IMG/VR virus record: IMGVR_UViG_3300035666_000005
Span: 1 to 64,000 of that record
DNA length: 64,000 bases
Source of the DNA: a virus
Direction: 5' to 3' (one strand)
Part shown: positions 9,005 to 18,533 of the stretch, piece by piece
How positions within the stretch are numbered: position 1 is the first letter of the stretch
How the letters are laid out: each line of letters begins with the position of its first letter
The notes under the pieces: model-generated
Databases searched by the model: none
The model's input: only the letters and a program-made list of their open reading frames with translations
Told to the model about the DNA's origin: nothing
Program-made: the position numbers and the translations under genes

Positions 9005-9660
9005 GACTTATCTTTATTAGGTTCAAATTGGTAAAAATACAATTCTTCATCGCCAGCAAACCAGCGACTACCAGTTTGTTCACAAGAGAATTCTTTACTA
9101 AATACTTTCCATTTTTCGTGACCTTTTAATTCTTTACCAATAAAAGCGCCCCCATCACGCCAAACAATACGATTTCCGGGCTGGAAAAAATATTGACCAC
9201 CCTTGCCAATTAAAAGATGCCCCTGTTTATGACCTCCAGGATTTTCACTTTGCCCAGTTTGGTGTTGTGGTCCATAAGCCCAATCAAATGTCATTAAATA
9301 CGTAGCATCATGCCATTCCCGATTTTTCAATACAATTTTACAAGCACTATGTTTTAAATATTCGTACCTATTCACTGTAACATATGGAGAGTAACAATCC
9401 CAAAGTTCTAACCAGTCTAATGGAAAGTTCGTTAAGCCTTCTTCCGGAAGAAGATCTGTTAAATAATGGATAGGAACACGAGCATGTACGCTACCCATTT
9501 CAGTCATTACGGAAAAAAGGGCGCAACGCCGATTTAAAGAGGTAAACCCAAACACTTCTACCGGAATAAACTCATTTGTACTCCTAGGTTCTTTATCATG
9601 TAAAAAACTTGTATCTAAATAAGCAGAAAAAAGTGGTATATCTGTATTAATATATGCCAT
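9001..9660 (-). CDS. Hypothetical phage protein
   Basis: 219 aa with WDCYS, YLMTFDW, HKQGH, QPGNR conserved-looking motifs. Confidence 0.7.
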   Translation of the reverse strand: MAYINTDIPLFSAYLDTSFLHDKEPRSTNEFIPVEVFGFTSLNRRCALFSVMTEMGSVHARVPIHYLTDLLPEEGLTNFPLDWLELWDCYSPYVTVNRYEYLKHSACKIVLKNREWHDATYLMTFDWAYGPQHQTGQSENPGGHKQGHLLIGKGGQYFFQPGNRIVWRDGGAFIGKELKGHEKWKVFSKEFSCEQTGSRWFAGDEELYFYQFEPNKDKS

Positions 9661-9694
9661 TTATGTGTAATATATAATATCATACATTTTTACC

Positions 9695-10033
9695 ATGCTT
9701 ACTTCTAATAAAAATATTAAAAAAATTGTAGCAAATAACCCAAAACCAGTGCAATTATCAGATTTTTTATCATTTGATAATATATGGAAATTGGCAATTT
9801 TGGCATTTATGGTCGCCAGTTTATATTTGCAAAATAATTTTATTACAAAAAATGAATTCACCCAAACAGAAGAAAAAGTACAAAGAATTGAACTTGTTCT
9901 TGGTCAATTAGAAATTAAAAATCAAATAGATCTTTCACAAAATAAAACACTAGAACTAATAGAAATAAGGTTAAGGCAGATAGAGCAAATGGTTGCTATT
10001 TTGGAATCTAGGCGAAATGAAAAAACAAACTAA
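9695..10033 (+). CDS. Single-TM coiled-coil membrane protein (lysis-associated candidate)
   Basis: IWKLAILAFMVASLYL helix then heptad repeats; GTGTAA at 9665-9670. Confidence 0.55.
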   Translation: MLTSNKNIKKIVANNPKPVQLSDFLSFDNIWKLAILAFMVASLYLQNNFITKNEFTQTEEKVQRIELVLGQLEIKNQIDLSQNKTLELIEIRLRQIEQMVAILESRRNEKTN

Positions 10034-10229
10034 AAAAATAATAAATTTAATACTTAAATCAATGTTCGTAGTTTCAATGGTATTATTTAGTATTTCGGTA
10101 TGTCTCTTTTCGGCAAGAGTCGGTTTTGGGTTTAATTTTGGACCACCATTTTGTTGGGCCTCATTTTTGCAAATGGGGCTTTTTATGTTAAGTGGGTGGG
10201 CTTTTAATAAAGAATTATTTTATACTTAA
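10017..10229 (+). CDS. Small two-TM membrane protein (holin-like candidate)
   Basis: Basic N-terminus MKKQTKK and two hydrophobic segments. Confidence 0.4.
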   Translation: MKKQTKKIINLILKSMFVVSMVLFSISVCLFSARVGFGFNFGPPFCWASFLQMGLFMLSGWAFNKELFYT

Positions 10230-11260
10230 AAATAAGTAATATTTCCTACCTGTTTAAGAGCATGGTTAATCATGCGGATGTCGTCTTTACTAACAGATTT
10301 TAGTTTAGAAATCTCTTCTAATGCTGGTTTAAAATATGGCGCATGATCCAGAATAAATGTTTTAAAATGAGCGTCACTAAAAAACAATGACGTAATACGC
10401 TCATTATCAATAGTAGGCAAAAAGAATTTCATGTAGTCCGCTTTTCTTTTAATAAGAGGTAATGCGGCCTGAAAATTATTTTCGTCATTAAAAAATTGTT
10501 GGGCTTTCTTCGCATCTTTTAATTTATAAAGACTTTTAATTTTATCTTCAAGACTGCCAAGTTTTAGAGTTGCAATTAATTTTGTGGGATTCGTTTCTAC
10601 TGGAAGGACATCGAATACATCCCCACCTTCTTTATGGATTTCTAGAGCGTAGTCAAGCCTACGTGGAGAAACTAATTTTTTAGCTTTATCCGGCATTCCG
10701 TTCCACCATTCTAATGATGATTTAGCCCAATCTTTACCAAATTTATTTTCAAAATATTCAATATCAGGAACAAAGGGAACTTTAATACGAACTTGAAAAC
10801 GGTCTATTTGAGCACCATCAAGTTCTTCTACATCATAATCCTCTTCATCATCACTTGGATTGATAGCTGCCCAGACAACTTTAAGATTCGGGAATTTGCG
10901 ACCATTAATACTTTTAAATTGAATAAGTTCCATTGTTGCGTTACGAATCTTTTTATGACTACGATTGTATTCGTCAAAAAATATAGCTTGCAAATTAGTA
11001 TCTATCATCCTTTTAGGAAGGACAAAATCTAAATAAGATGTATTTTTTGATATTGATTCTTTTGGAATTCCAATTAGATCGACCCACGGATCGAGAGTAC
11101 TACTTGAAAAATAGATCCACCCATTTTCTCCGAAATTCTCATTAAAAATTTTTTCAATAATTGCTGTTTTTCCTACTCCGTGACGACCTTCTAATAAAAC
11201 ATTTTTATTTAATTTTAAATAAAGGCGCAATTTTTCTTCTAACATGTGTGCGGTTAACAT
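10226..11260 (-). CDS. MoxR-like AAA+ ATPase
   Basis: GRHGVGKT, DLIGIP, FFDEYNR, WAAINP, LDGAQIDRF, SPRRL. Confidence 0.88.
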   Translation of the reverse strand: MLTAHMLEEKLRLYLKLNKNVLLEGRHGVGKTAIIEKIFNENFGENGWIYFSSSTLDPWVDLIGIPKESISKNTSYLDFVLPKRMIDTNLQAIFFDEYNRSHKKIRNATMELIQFKSINGRKFPNLKVVWAAINPSDDEEDYDVEELDGAQIDRFQVRIKVPFVPDIEYFENKFGKDWAKSSLEWWNGMPDKAKKLVSPRRLDYALEIHKEGGDVFDVLPVETNPTKLIATLKLGSLEDKIKSLYKLKDAKKAQQFFNDENNFQAALPLIKRKADYMKFFLPTIDNERITSLFFSDAHFKTFILDHAPYFKPALEEISKLKSVSKDDIRMINHALKQVGNITYF

Positions 11261-11291
11261 ATTTGTATTATAAGATATTTTGTATTAAAGT

Positions 11292-12530
11292 CTATTCAAA
11301 ATTTTTAAGTTCATGTAATTTACAACCCTGTGGAATATAAGCAGTTGTACTATCATTTGTTAAAAACCAGTTCCATTTTTTTCTTTGGTCTTCTGGAATT
11401 TGCGCGCCATAACCCCAACCATCAGTAAGAACCCATACAAAAGGTTTAACTTTTTTATTATTATAAATAAAATCAGTAATACAGCGGAAACTTGTGCCAC
11501 CGCCACCATCAAGTTTTTGTTTTTTTAGGTCTACTTCGTAAACTTCGGTATCGAAAGCAAAATATTTAACATCAAATTTTTCTGGATCTAAGCTTTTTGC
11601 CGCATGAAAAAATCGTGGAGCTAAACCCCAGCACGAACCACTTGTATCCATAAAAAACCAAGTAGCAACTTTCTCACTTTCGGTTTTTCGTAATGTTTGT
11701 TCAATATCAGATGGAAGAAAAATATTAAAGTTTAAATTATATAGACGGCGATCTTTCATTACCCAATGAGATTCTAAATCTTCATCTTTAGACATTTTCT
11801 TTTCAAAGCGCCGAATAACACTTTCCCATTTTTTCTTATACTGCGTTGGTTTATTATTAATTTTTTGAATTAACCCGCCTTTAGTATTACCTATGGATTT
11901 GTCTTCATTTTTACGTGTATTTTTTTCAGCGTCTTCAGTAATATTTTTAAGGCTTTCGGAATCTTCCTCGGAAAGATTGTTGATAATCTGCTGCACCGAA
12001 TCTTCTGGAAAATCTCCAAGACCGCTATGATCATTTACAAGACGTTTGTTTTTTACAAACTTCGCATCTTTTAAAAGTCTATTATAATAATATTCAAAAT
12101 TATTCCATGGTAAAATATTTGGATCATTATCAAATGAATTATCAAGCCAATAATATTCAGTCTTTGGGTCTATTTCTTTACGATTAAATTTAAAATATTT
12201 AGCAAGACTTTCATTTACAACAATATCCATTGCTTGGTTTGCAAGATTAGACATTTTCTTGCCAGCACGTTTGCCATGAGAATTAATTACATGAAGACAT
12301 TCGTGAGCAATAATAAATTTTTTGTTATGTTCTGATTGTTTTTCCCAAAATTTTTTATTAATTAAAAATTCAACGCAGTTACCTTCTTTATTAAATCCAA
12401 CGCATGCAGTAGGAACATCACTACTATAAATAGGCTTAACCAAACGCCAAAATTGATAAAATACCCCATGATGCTCAAGAAGAGATTCCAGAATTTGTCT
12501 GTATTCTTCATATGTAAGATTTTGGTTCAC
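11292..12530 (-). CDS. Metallopeptidase-VWA protein (DUF2201-type MoxR partner)
   Basis: VPTACV, AHECLH, NQAMDIVVN; MIDAS DTSGS, GGGTSF, LTDG. Confidence 0.85.
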   Translation of the reverse strand: MNQNLTYEEYRQILESLLEHHGVFYQFWRLVKPIYSSDVPTACVGFNKEGNCVEFLINKKFWEKQSEHNKKFIIAHECLHVINSHGKRAGKKMSNLANQAMDIVVNESLAKYFKFNRKEIDPKTEYYWLDNSFDNDPNILPWNNFEYYYNRLLKDAKFVKNKRLVNDHSGLGDFPEDSVQQIINNLSEEDSESLKNITEDAEKNTRKNEDKSIGNTKGGLIQKINNKPTQYKKKWESVIRRFEKKMSKDEDLESHWVMKDRRLYNLNFNIFLPSDIEQTLRKTESEKVATWFFMDTSGSCWGLAPRFFHAAKSLDPEKFDVKYFAFDTEVYEVDLKKQKLDGGGGTSFRCITDFIYNNKKVKPFVWVLTDGWGYGAQIPEDQRKKWNWFLTNDSTTAYIPQGCKLHELKNFE

Positions 12531-12814
12531 AAAAATTCTTTTTCAGCCGCCTGTTTTAATTCTTCAGCATCTTGATAATAACCAGCATTTGCTAAGATTG
12601 TGGGGGTATAAATAATCCAATGCTCACCTTCATCTTTCATTCGATTGTGAAAAACTCGTAAAATGGCCCCCAATTGAATTGAATCTTCTTCTGTTTTAAG
12701 TGATTCTAAAAGAGACTCAACTCCACGGGTGGCAATTTCAGAAGGGTCAGAATCAATATTAGCCTTTATATTTTTTGACCAATCAACGCCTTCTACTGTC
12801 CATGTTACTATCAT
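12527..12814 (-). CDS. Hypothetical protein
   Basis: 95-aa ORF, first gene after a sigma70-like promoter. Confidence 0.6.
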   Translation of the reverse strand: MIVTWTVEGVDWSKNIKANIDSDPSEIATRGVESLLESLKTEEDSIQLGAILRVFHNRMKDEGEHWIIYTPTILANAGYYQDAEELKQAAEKEFL

Positions 12815-12823
12815 ATATTCAAT

Positions 12824-12852
12824 ATGATAGAACTATTTTATTTATGAGTCAA
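12824..12852 (-). promoter_or_regulatory. sigma70-like promoter
   Basis: TTGACT-N17-TATCAT. Confidence 0.7.
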
Positions 12853-12858
12853 TAAGAT

Positions 12859-13740
12859 TTACCAACTCTTACAAGCCCAATATCTCGCTTTATATTTTGG
12901 GCCTGGGTTTGAACAATTGTGTCGGGCACGAAAACTTTTTCTGCGAGCTGGAATATTTTTTTTAATTTTCATATTCGGATCTCCGAATCTTACAATAACA
13001 ACATTACCACTTTGATTCTTAACATACACGGCAAATTTTTTAGGACCGCCTGGGGTTCGAAATGGTTTATTTAAAGTTACTTTTCTTCCTTGATATTCAG
13101 AACCTTGAGCTTTTTTCCAAGCTTCTTTTGAAGGACGATCTTTATCTCCAGGTTTTGCTGGCTTATAATTTTTGCCTTCTCTTTTCTTTTTGCGCCTAAT
13201 ATTTTCCCAAAGACCTGGTCTTTCTTTTGCAATATCAATTTCTACAACATCGTTTTCATCAAATGCGACTTCTTCCGCCGTAACATATTCCGATTCTTCT
13301 GGGATATAAAGATTATCTACAGTAAGATCTTCTGCAGCAGCATCTACTTCTGAATCTTCTGGTTCTTCTCCATTTTCATCTACAAACATTACATAATTAT
13401 GAATTGTAAGCATATAATCTTCAGTAATAGCAATTTTCCCCTGTAACCAAGATTCAGTTAAATTGTTTTTAACCATTTGGTCATTTAAAGATTCTAAAAT
13501 ATTTTCTGCATGTTTTTTAATAGAATTTAAGGATCCTACGGACATATTGAAAAAATCTTGTTTATATTCCTCTAAACTTTCTGCTGCTTCAATACTTGCG
13601 TTAGCTTTTTTAAATTGGGAATAACATACGGCGGCACGTTGTTTTTGATCGGGGAATTCTTTATTCATTGTTTCGTCGCCCATGCAACGAGAAACGAATT
13701 CTTCTTGTTTTTCTGATTTTTGGGGGCCGGGAATTGGCAT
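12859..13740 (-). CDS. Modular phage protein with basic C-terminal DUF6321-like domain
   Basis: KVTLNKPFRTPGGPKKFAVYVK...RFGDPNM...RKSFRARHNC...ARYWAC; acidic middle region. Confidence 0.7.
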   Translation of the reverse strand: MPIPGPQKSEKQEEFVSRCMGDETMNKEFPDQKQRAAVCYSQFKKANASIEAAESLEEYKQDFFNMSVGSLNSIKKHAENILESLNDQMVKNNLTESWLQGKIAITEDYMLTIHNYVMFVDENGEEPEDSEVDAAAEDLTVDNLYIPEESEYVTAEEVAFDENDVVEIDIAKERPGLWENIRRKKKREGKNYKPAKPGDKDRPSKEAWKKAQGSEYQGRKVTLNKPFRTPGGPKKFAVYVKNQSGNVVIVRFGDPNMKIKKNIPARRKSFRARHNCSNPGPKYKARYWACKSW

Positions 13741-13749
13741 ATATATTAT

Positions 13750-13792
13750 TTACATTAATTATAAAAATTAAGCCACCTATAAATAGGTGTAA
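13750..13792. promoter_or_regulatory. Divergent late promoters with an inverted repeat
   Basis: ATGTAA (minus, 13750-13755), GTGTAA (plus, 13787-13792), CACCTAT-AA-ATAGGTG at 13774-13789. Confidence 0.6.
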
Positions 13793-13801
13793 AATATTAT
13801 A

Positions 13802-14596
13802 ATGTACGGTAGAAATATATATGCAGACCAAAGATTAATTATTAATCAACAAATATTATCAGGGGTCACAGATTTTAATGCTAATTTTGATATTCCATAT
13901 GAAAATATAGATTTACTTGGCGGAAGATTTGCGGCTGCAATACAAGGAGAATTATCTAAAAATATATCTTTTAGTAGATTTCTAATACAATCAGATCCTT
14001 TAAAATATTTAACTGGAAACGCTTCTTGTAATGGTTTTGTAGATTATAAAAATTATTCGTTTGGTTTCGAAAGTGGTTATTTAACAAATTATAATGCAAG
14101 CTGTTCAGTTAATGATATTGTTATAGTAAATACAGATTTTATTGTTTTTGGAAATATTGGGGGTGATATTAAAGATCCAATATTACCATCCCAAAATACA
14201 GATAATATCTATGTTGCTAATTATGGAAATATTTTTGTATCTGCTACTCAAGGCCAAACTAATCGTATAATATCTTTTGAATATAACGTAGCATGTGAAA
14301 GAATACCAATTTTTGGATTAGGATCGATCAACCCAATTGGTGTTTTTTTAAAAAAACCTTTAACTATTGAATTGACTTTAAATATAGAAATAGATGATTA
14401 CGAATCTCCGAATATTCAAAATCTATTATGTACTCCAGAAATACAAAATATAACAATAGATTTAAAAAATTGTAATAATTCTATAATTATAGAGAGTTTC
14501 TATGTTCCAAATGCAAGATTAATATCTAATTCTTATGCTGCTAGTATAGATAATGCAGCAAATGTTGAGTTAGTTTTTCGTAGTTTTTTAATGTAA
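13802..14596 (+). CDS. Putative tail-tube-like structural protein
   Basis: Beta-rich, internally duplicated pattern (IPIFGLGS..P), late motif upstream. Confidence 0.5.
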   Translation: MYGRNIYADQRLIINQQILSGVTDFNANFDIPYENIDLLGGRFAAAIQGELSKNISFSRFLIQSDPLKYLTGNASCNGFVDYKNYSFGFESGYLTNYNASCSVNDIVIVNTDFIVFGNIGGDIKDPILPSQNTDNIYVANYGNIFVSATQGQTNRIISFEYNVACERIPIFGLGSINPIGVFLKKPLTIELTLNIEIDDYESPNIQNLLCTPEIQNITIDLKNCNNSIIIESFYVPNARLISNSYAASIDNAANVELVFRSFLM

Positions 14597-14604
14597 TTAA
14601 ATAA

Positions 14605-15369
14605 ATGGCTATTATTAATTATACAAATATCGCTGTTAATATTGCTGGTTACAGTTCTTTATATGTAAGTAATGCAAATTTTTCTTTTAGAGTTCCAATG
14701 GAGCCTATAAGAAGTTTGGGTGCAAAAAAATCTATTAATGATATTGCTAATGGCCCTGTGGAAGGCAACTTAAATATTGAATATATAATAACATCAAATG
14801 ACCCTGGCAAAGCAATATTTGAATCAATTATTAATAATCCTCAAAATTATCAAGGGAATAGTGTTACTATTGGTGGAAAAACTTTTCCTAACGCATATTT
14901 AAATAGCCATACATTATCTGCTGAACCAAATTCTATTGTAAATGGTTCATTGTCATTTACAGTTTTTGGAGAAGGTGGTGGTCAAATGACACCATCAAAT
15001 CCAGAGTTTAATAATAATGTTAGCGTGGCTCACGGGGCCGCATCTACGATTGTTTCTAATGCAATAAGTTTTGATTATACTGCGACGGTAGATTGGGAAC
15101 CTATTTATATTTTAAATAGTTCAAATGTGAATGAAATTATTTTCAGGGGGGCTCAACAAGTTTTAAATATAAGAGGGCTTAATCTCGGCAAAGCAATTAA
15201 AACTTGCCCAGATGTCGAAGGAATTGTAAATATTAATATTGGCGCAATTTGTGAACCAAGTTCATTAGTAAATATAATGATTACTGGAGCTAAAATTCAA
15301 AGCTCGGAATCAACAATTAGTGCTGGCGGTTTTGTTGAAGGTTCTTACGAATTAGTAAAAAATTACTAA
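14605..15369 (+). CDS. Putative tail-tube-like structural protein
   Basis: EPIRSLG / EPIYIL repeated halves, similar layout to preceding ORF; ATGTAA at 14591. Confidence 0.5.
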   Translation: MAIINYTNIAVNIAGYSSLYVSNANFSFRVPMEPIRSLGAKKSINDIANGPVEGNLNIEYIITSNDPGKAIFESIINNPQNYQGNSVTIGGKTFPNAYLNSHTLSAEPNSIVNGSLSFTVFGEGGGQMTPSNPEFNNNVSVAHGAASTIVSNAISFDYTATVDWEPIYILNSSNVNEIIFRGAQQVLNIRGLNLGKAIKTCPDVEGIVNINIGAICEPSSLVNIMITGAKIQSSESTISAGGFVEGSYELVKNY

Positions 15370-17904
15370 TTATTTCAAATCTCTCATATTTTTATATATT
15401 TTACAATCCTGTTTGACGATCTCATCAGCAAAAATCGCGTCAGTTCCTTTTAATCTACCCTTAACAATAACAATATCTCCTTCTTCTGGAAATTGACCGC
15501 CATTTTTAGCTTTGCAATCTTCAAAAAGATTAAAACGGCCATCAAACATTAATACGGAAACTTTCCCAGTATCATCAGAAACTGTAGCTTTAAAAAATTT
15601 ATTGCCGTTCCTTGACTTAGACTGTCTTGGCGTTTCAGTAATTTCACCAATAATTAAGACTCTATCATTATCCTCTTTTGTTTCAAAAGCATCTTTAATA
15701 GTAATAAAGTTATGATTGCCTTGTTTAAATATACTAGTTAAATTCTCACTATAACTAAAACCTAAACAATTTTTCTCATAAAAATAATTTGTAAGGGCTA
15801 CATTACGACTATTCAATTCATAAATTTGACGATAAGGTGCATATTTTTTCTTAAATGTTTCAAAACGAGATTCTTTAATTTGTTTTTTATCAACAAGTAA
15901 TTGGATGATCATAAGAATATTTTTATTTTCACCTTCGTCATGCAATGTCTTAACAAGGCGTTTTTCTTTATCCGTTAAAATATTAAAAGCTTGCGCTTGC
16001 AATACCAAATGCGGTCTTGACGAGCCAAGATCATCCAATGCCCCAGCTTGAATCAGTGCAGAAAGAATACCAATATTCAATCCGGCTTGTTTGGCAGCTA
16101 AGAAGCAATCAATCTTATTATCATATTCACCACGAAATTTGATAAGTTTTTCAATAGAGCTATCAGAAACGCCTTTAATTGCACTTAATCCATATCTAAT
16201 ATTTTGGCCTTCGACTGTAAATCCTATATCTGACTTTAGTAAGCTCGGCGGAAGCAATTTTATATTAAAATAAGGCAGTTCTCTTTCGATCTGTCTGATC
16301 TCGTCCATAGGATCGGGCAGCTTTTGAATTGCATTAAGACATGCTGTAAAAAACTCTAGAGGATATTTATATTTAAGATAAACAGTCAATGCCCCAAGAT
16401 AAGCTACACAATATGAGTGAGATTTATTAAATGAATAATCGGCAGAATCTAACATGACTTTCCAAATAGCTTCTGCCACCTGTTCTCCAAAGCCATTTGT
16501 TTCACAAATTTCGAATACTTTGTCTTTCCATTTTGGCATTTCATCACGTTTCTTTTTGCCAATAATACGACGAATATATTCAGACTCATCAGCAGTAAAA
16601 CCAACTGTAACAAGAGCTTGAATTAATTGTTCTTGATAAAGTGGTAGATTACGTGTTTCTGCAAAGACTGGGGCTAATTTTTCGTGAGGAGCTTCCCCAC
16701 TAAAATTAATATAATCTTTTTCGTAAGCCAAAGCTCCAGGTCGAGCGATAGCATTTACGTCACTCAAATGTGCAATATTCGCTGGACGAATATTTTTACA
16801 AACACGATAAGCACAATCCGCACTAATTTGATATAATCCGTAAGGGAGTAGATCTTCACGTTGAAGATGGGTATAAACTTCCGGATTATCATCGAGATTA
16901 ATATCTTCAAATTTTTCTGGGATTAATTCAAATACATTTTTAATAATCTCATTACTGATAAGACCAAGAAGATCAAGTTTAATACCAAACTTCGCCGCAG
17001 TATTCATTTCATAAGAAATAGTAAGTTCTCCTTCTTTATTCATTTCTACTGGAGCAAACTTATCAAGAGGATGGTACGAAATGAAATATCCACTAGCATG
17101 AGTTGATTTACCACGAATTAATCCGCGCAATTTTAAAGCAACTTGGTAAGTTTCTGGATAACGATCAGCCCAATCACGGAATTTTTCACTATTTTTGTAT
17201 GAATCTTCAATATCTTCAACAACTCCGAAATGCTTGCCAATAGTATCTGCCAAATGACTAGCATCTTCTTCCGAAGCCTCATTCATGATTTTAAAAGTAT
17301 CTTTAACAAGAATCTTGCCAGAAAAAGTTGAAACAGAGGAAATTTTGCAAACTTTATTCGGGTAACATTTTTTAAGCCACTCGATAATTTCGTCACGAAC
17401 TCCGCCCAAGTTGATATCAACATCTGGAGCAAGATCCCCTTGAATATAAGTAATTCCGTCGATTACTTCTTTTTTAGCGCGAGTCTTTGAAATAAAACGG
17501 GTAAAGAAAAGATTCTTGTCAATTGGGTCTACCCCTGTAACTCCTATTAAATAAAAGATAAGACTTCCCGCTGCAGACCCGCGACCCCAGTCAATAAAAG
17601 CCCCTAGTTGACGAGCCTTATTAATAACACGCCACACGAGAAGAAAGTAATCAATAAATCCAAGATCTTTGACAATCTCAAACTCTTCCTTAATTCTATC
17701 AAGGTAAACTTTCTTTTTATGTTCTGGAATTTTATCACGAAACTTCTTCCACCCTTCGTTTACCAACTGTTGTAGAAATTGTTCGTTTGTCTCGGCTTTT
17801 TCGGCTAATAAGCCTTTCTCTTCTTTTGTAAAAGAAATATTTGGCAACCTTACAAGGTTGACATTTTTCATTTCAATATTTTTAAATTGTTCTAAAAATT
17901 TCAT
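15370..17904 (-). CDS. dnaE: DNA polymerase III alpha catalytic core lacking the PHP domain
   Basis: GRGSAAGSL, PDVDIN, STHASG, KLDLLGL, YQEQL, SFNKSH, IRYGLSAIKG, C-terminal OB fold. Confidence 0.95.
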   Translation of the reverse strand: MKFLEQFKNIEMKNVNLVRLPNISFTKEEKGLLAEKAETNEQFLQQLVNEGWKKFRDKIPEHKKKVYLDRIKEEFEIVKDLGFIDYFLLVWRVINKARQLGAFIDWGRGSAAGSLIFYLIGVTGVDPIDKNLFFTRFISKTRAKKEVIDGITYIQGDLAPDVDINLGGVRDEIIEWLKKCYPNKVCKISSVSTFSGKILVKDTFKIMNEASEEDASHLADTIGKHFGVVEDIEDSYKNSEKFRDWADRYPETYQVALKLRGLIRGKSTHASGYFISYHPLDKFAPVEMNKEGELTISYEMNTAAKFGIKLDLLGLISNEIIKNVFELIPEKFEDINLDDNPEVYTHLQREDLLPYGLYQISADCAYRVCKNIRPANIAHLSDVNAIARPGALAYEKDYINFSGEAPHEKLAPVFAETRNLPLYQEQLIQALVTVGFTADESEYIRRIIGKKKRDEMPKWKDKVFEICETNGFGEQVAEAIWKVMLDSADYSFNKSHSYCVAYLGALTVYLKYKYPLEFFTACLNAIQKLPDPMDEIRQIERELPYFNIKLLPPSLLKSDIGFTVEGQNIRYGLSAIKGVSDSSIEKLIKFRGEYDNKIDCFLAAKQAGLNIGILSALIQAGALDDLGSSRPHLVLQAQAFNILTDKEKRLVKTLHDEGENKNILMIIQLLVDKKQIKESRFETFKKKYAPYRQIYELNSRNVALTNYFYEKNCLGFSYSENLTSIFKQGNHNFITIKDAFETKEDNDRVLIIGEITETPRQSKSRNGNKFFKATVSDDTGKVSVLMFDGRFNLFEDCKAKNGGQFPEEGDIVIVKGRLKGTDAIFADEIVKQDCKIYKNMRDLK

Positions 17905-18533
17905 ATTTCAATTGTTAAAATTTGTTTCTTAAAAATCTCAAGGCATTTCTCATTATCATAAACAGCATCATGAGCTTTTAAATCGTTGTATTCAATATCA
18001 TAGAGACCACAAAGATGTTTAACTGAAGTCTTAACTCCCTTTTTAACATAATGATACATTTGATATTGCCAAGCCGTTCTATTTTCTGGAACAGACTTTA
18101 GCCCCATATATATACCTTTTTGAATACATTGTATATCTAAAACACGATCAAGATATGAGAAGTCTGATTTAAGACCTAAAATTCTACGCAATGTATTAAT
18201 AACATAAATATCGAATCCAAAAAGATTTGCGCCAACTATCAAATATTCTGGATTATAAAGATAGCTTTCAAAAAGTTGGAGAACTTCTTTTGGGTCTTCA
18301 GATTTTTCTTTCCAATTATTATAATCGAATCTTGTAATTCTAGCCGCATCAGCAGAAACATTTAAGTCTTTCCAATAAAGCATATGATCTTCGTTTTTAA
18401 CAATTTTGTGATCATCATAAACTAGCCAAGAAAGTTGCCAAGGCCTAGTTAAAGCTAGCGCTAAAGATTCGGTCTCCGTATCAAAAACAATATATTTTTG
18501 CTTTTTATTAAAACGTAGAAGATTACTCTGCAT
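17901..18533 (-). CDS. DEDDh 3'-5' exonuclease (DnaQ/epsilon-like)
   Basis: FDTET, GANLFGFD, AHDAVYD. Confidence 0.9.
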   Translation of the reverse strand: MQSNLLRFNKKQKYIVFDTETESLALALTRPWQLSWLVYDDHKIVKNEDHMLYWKDLNVSADAARITRFDYNNWKEKSEDPKEVLQLFESYLYNPEYLIVGANLFGFDIYVINTLRRILGLKSDFSYLDRVLDIQCIQKGIYMGLKSVPENRTAWQYQMYHYVKKGVKTSVKHLCGLYDIEYNDLKAHDAVYDNEKCLEIFKKQILTIEI

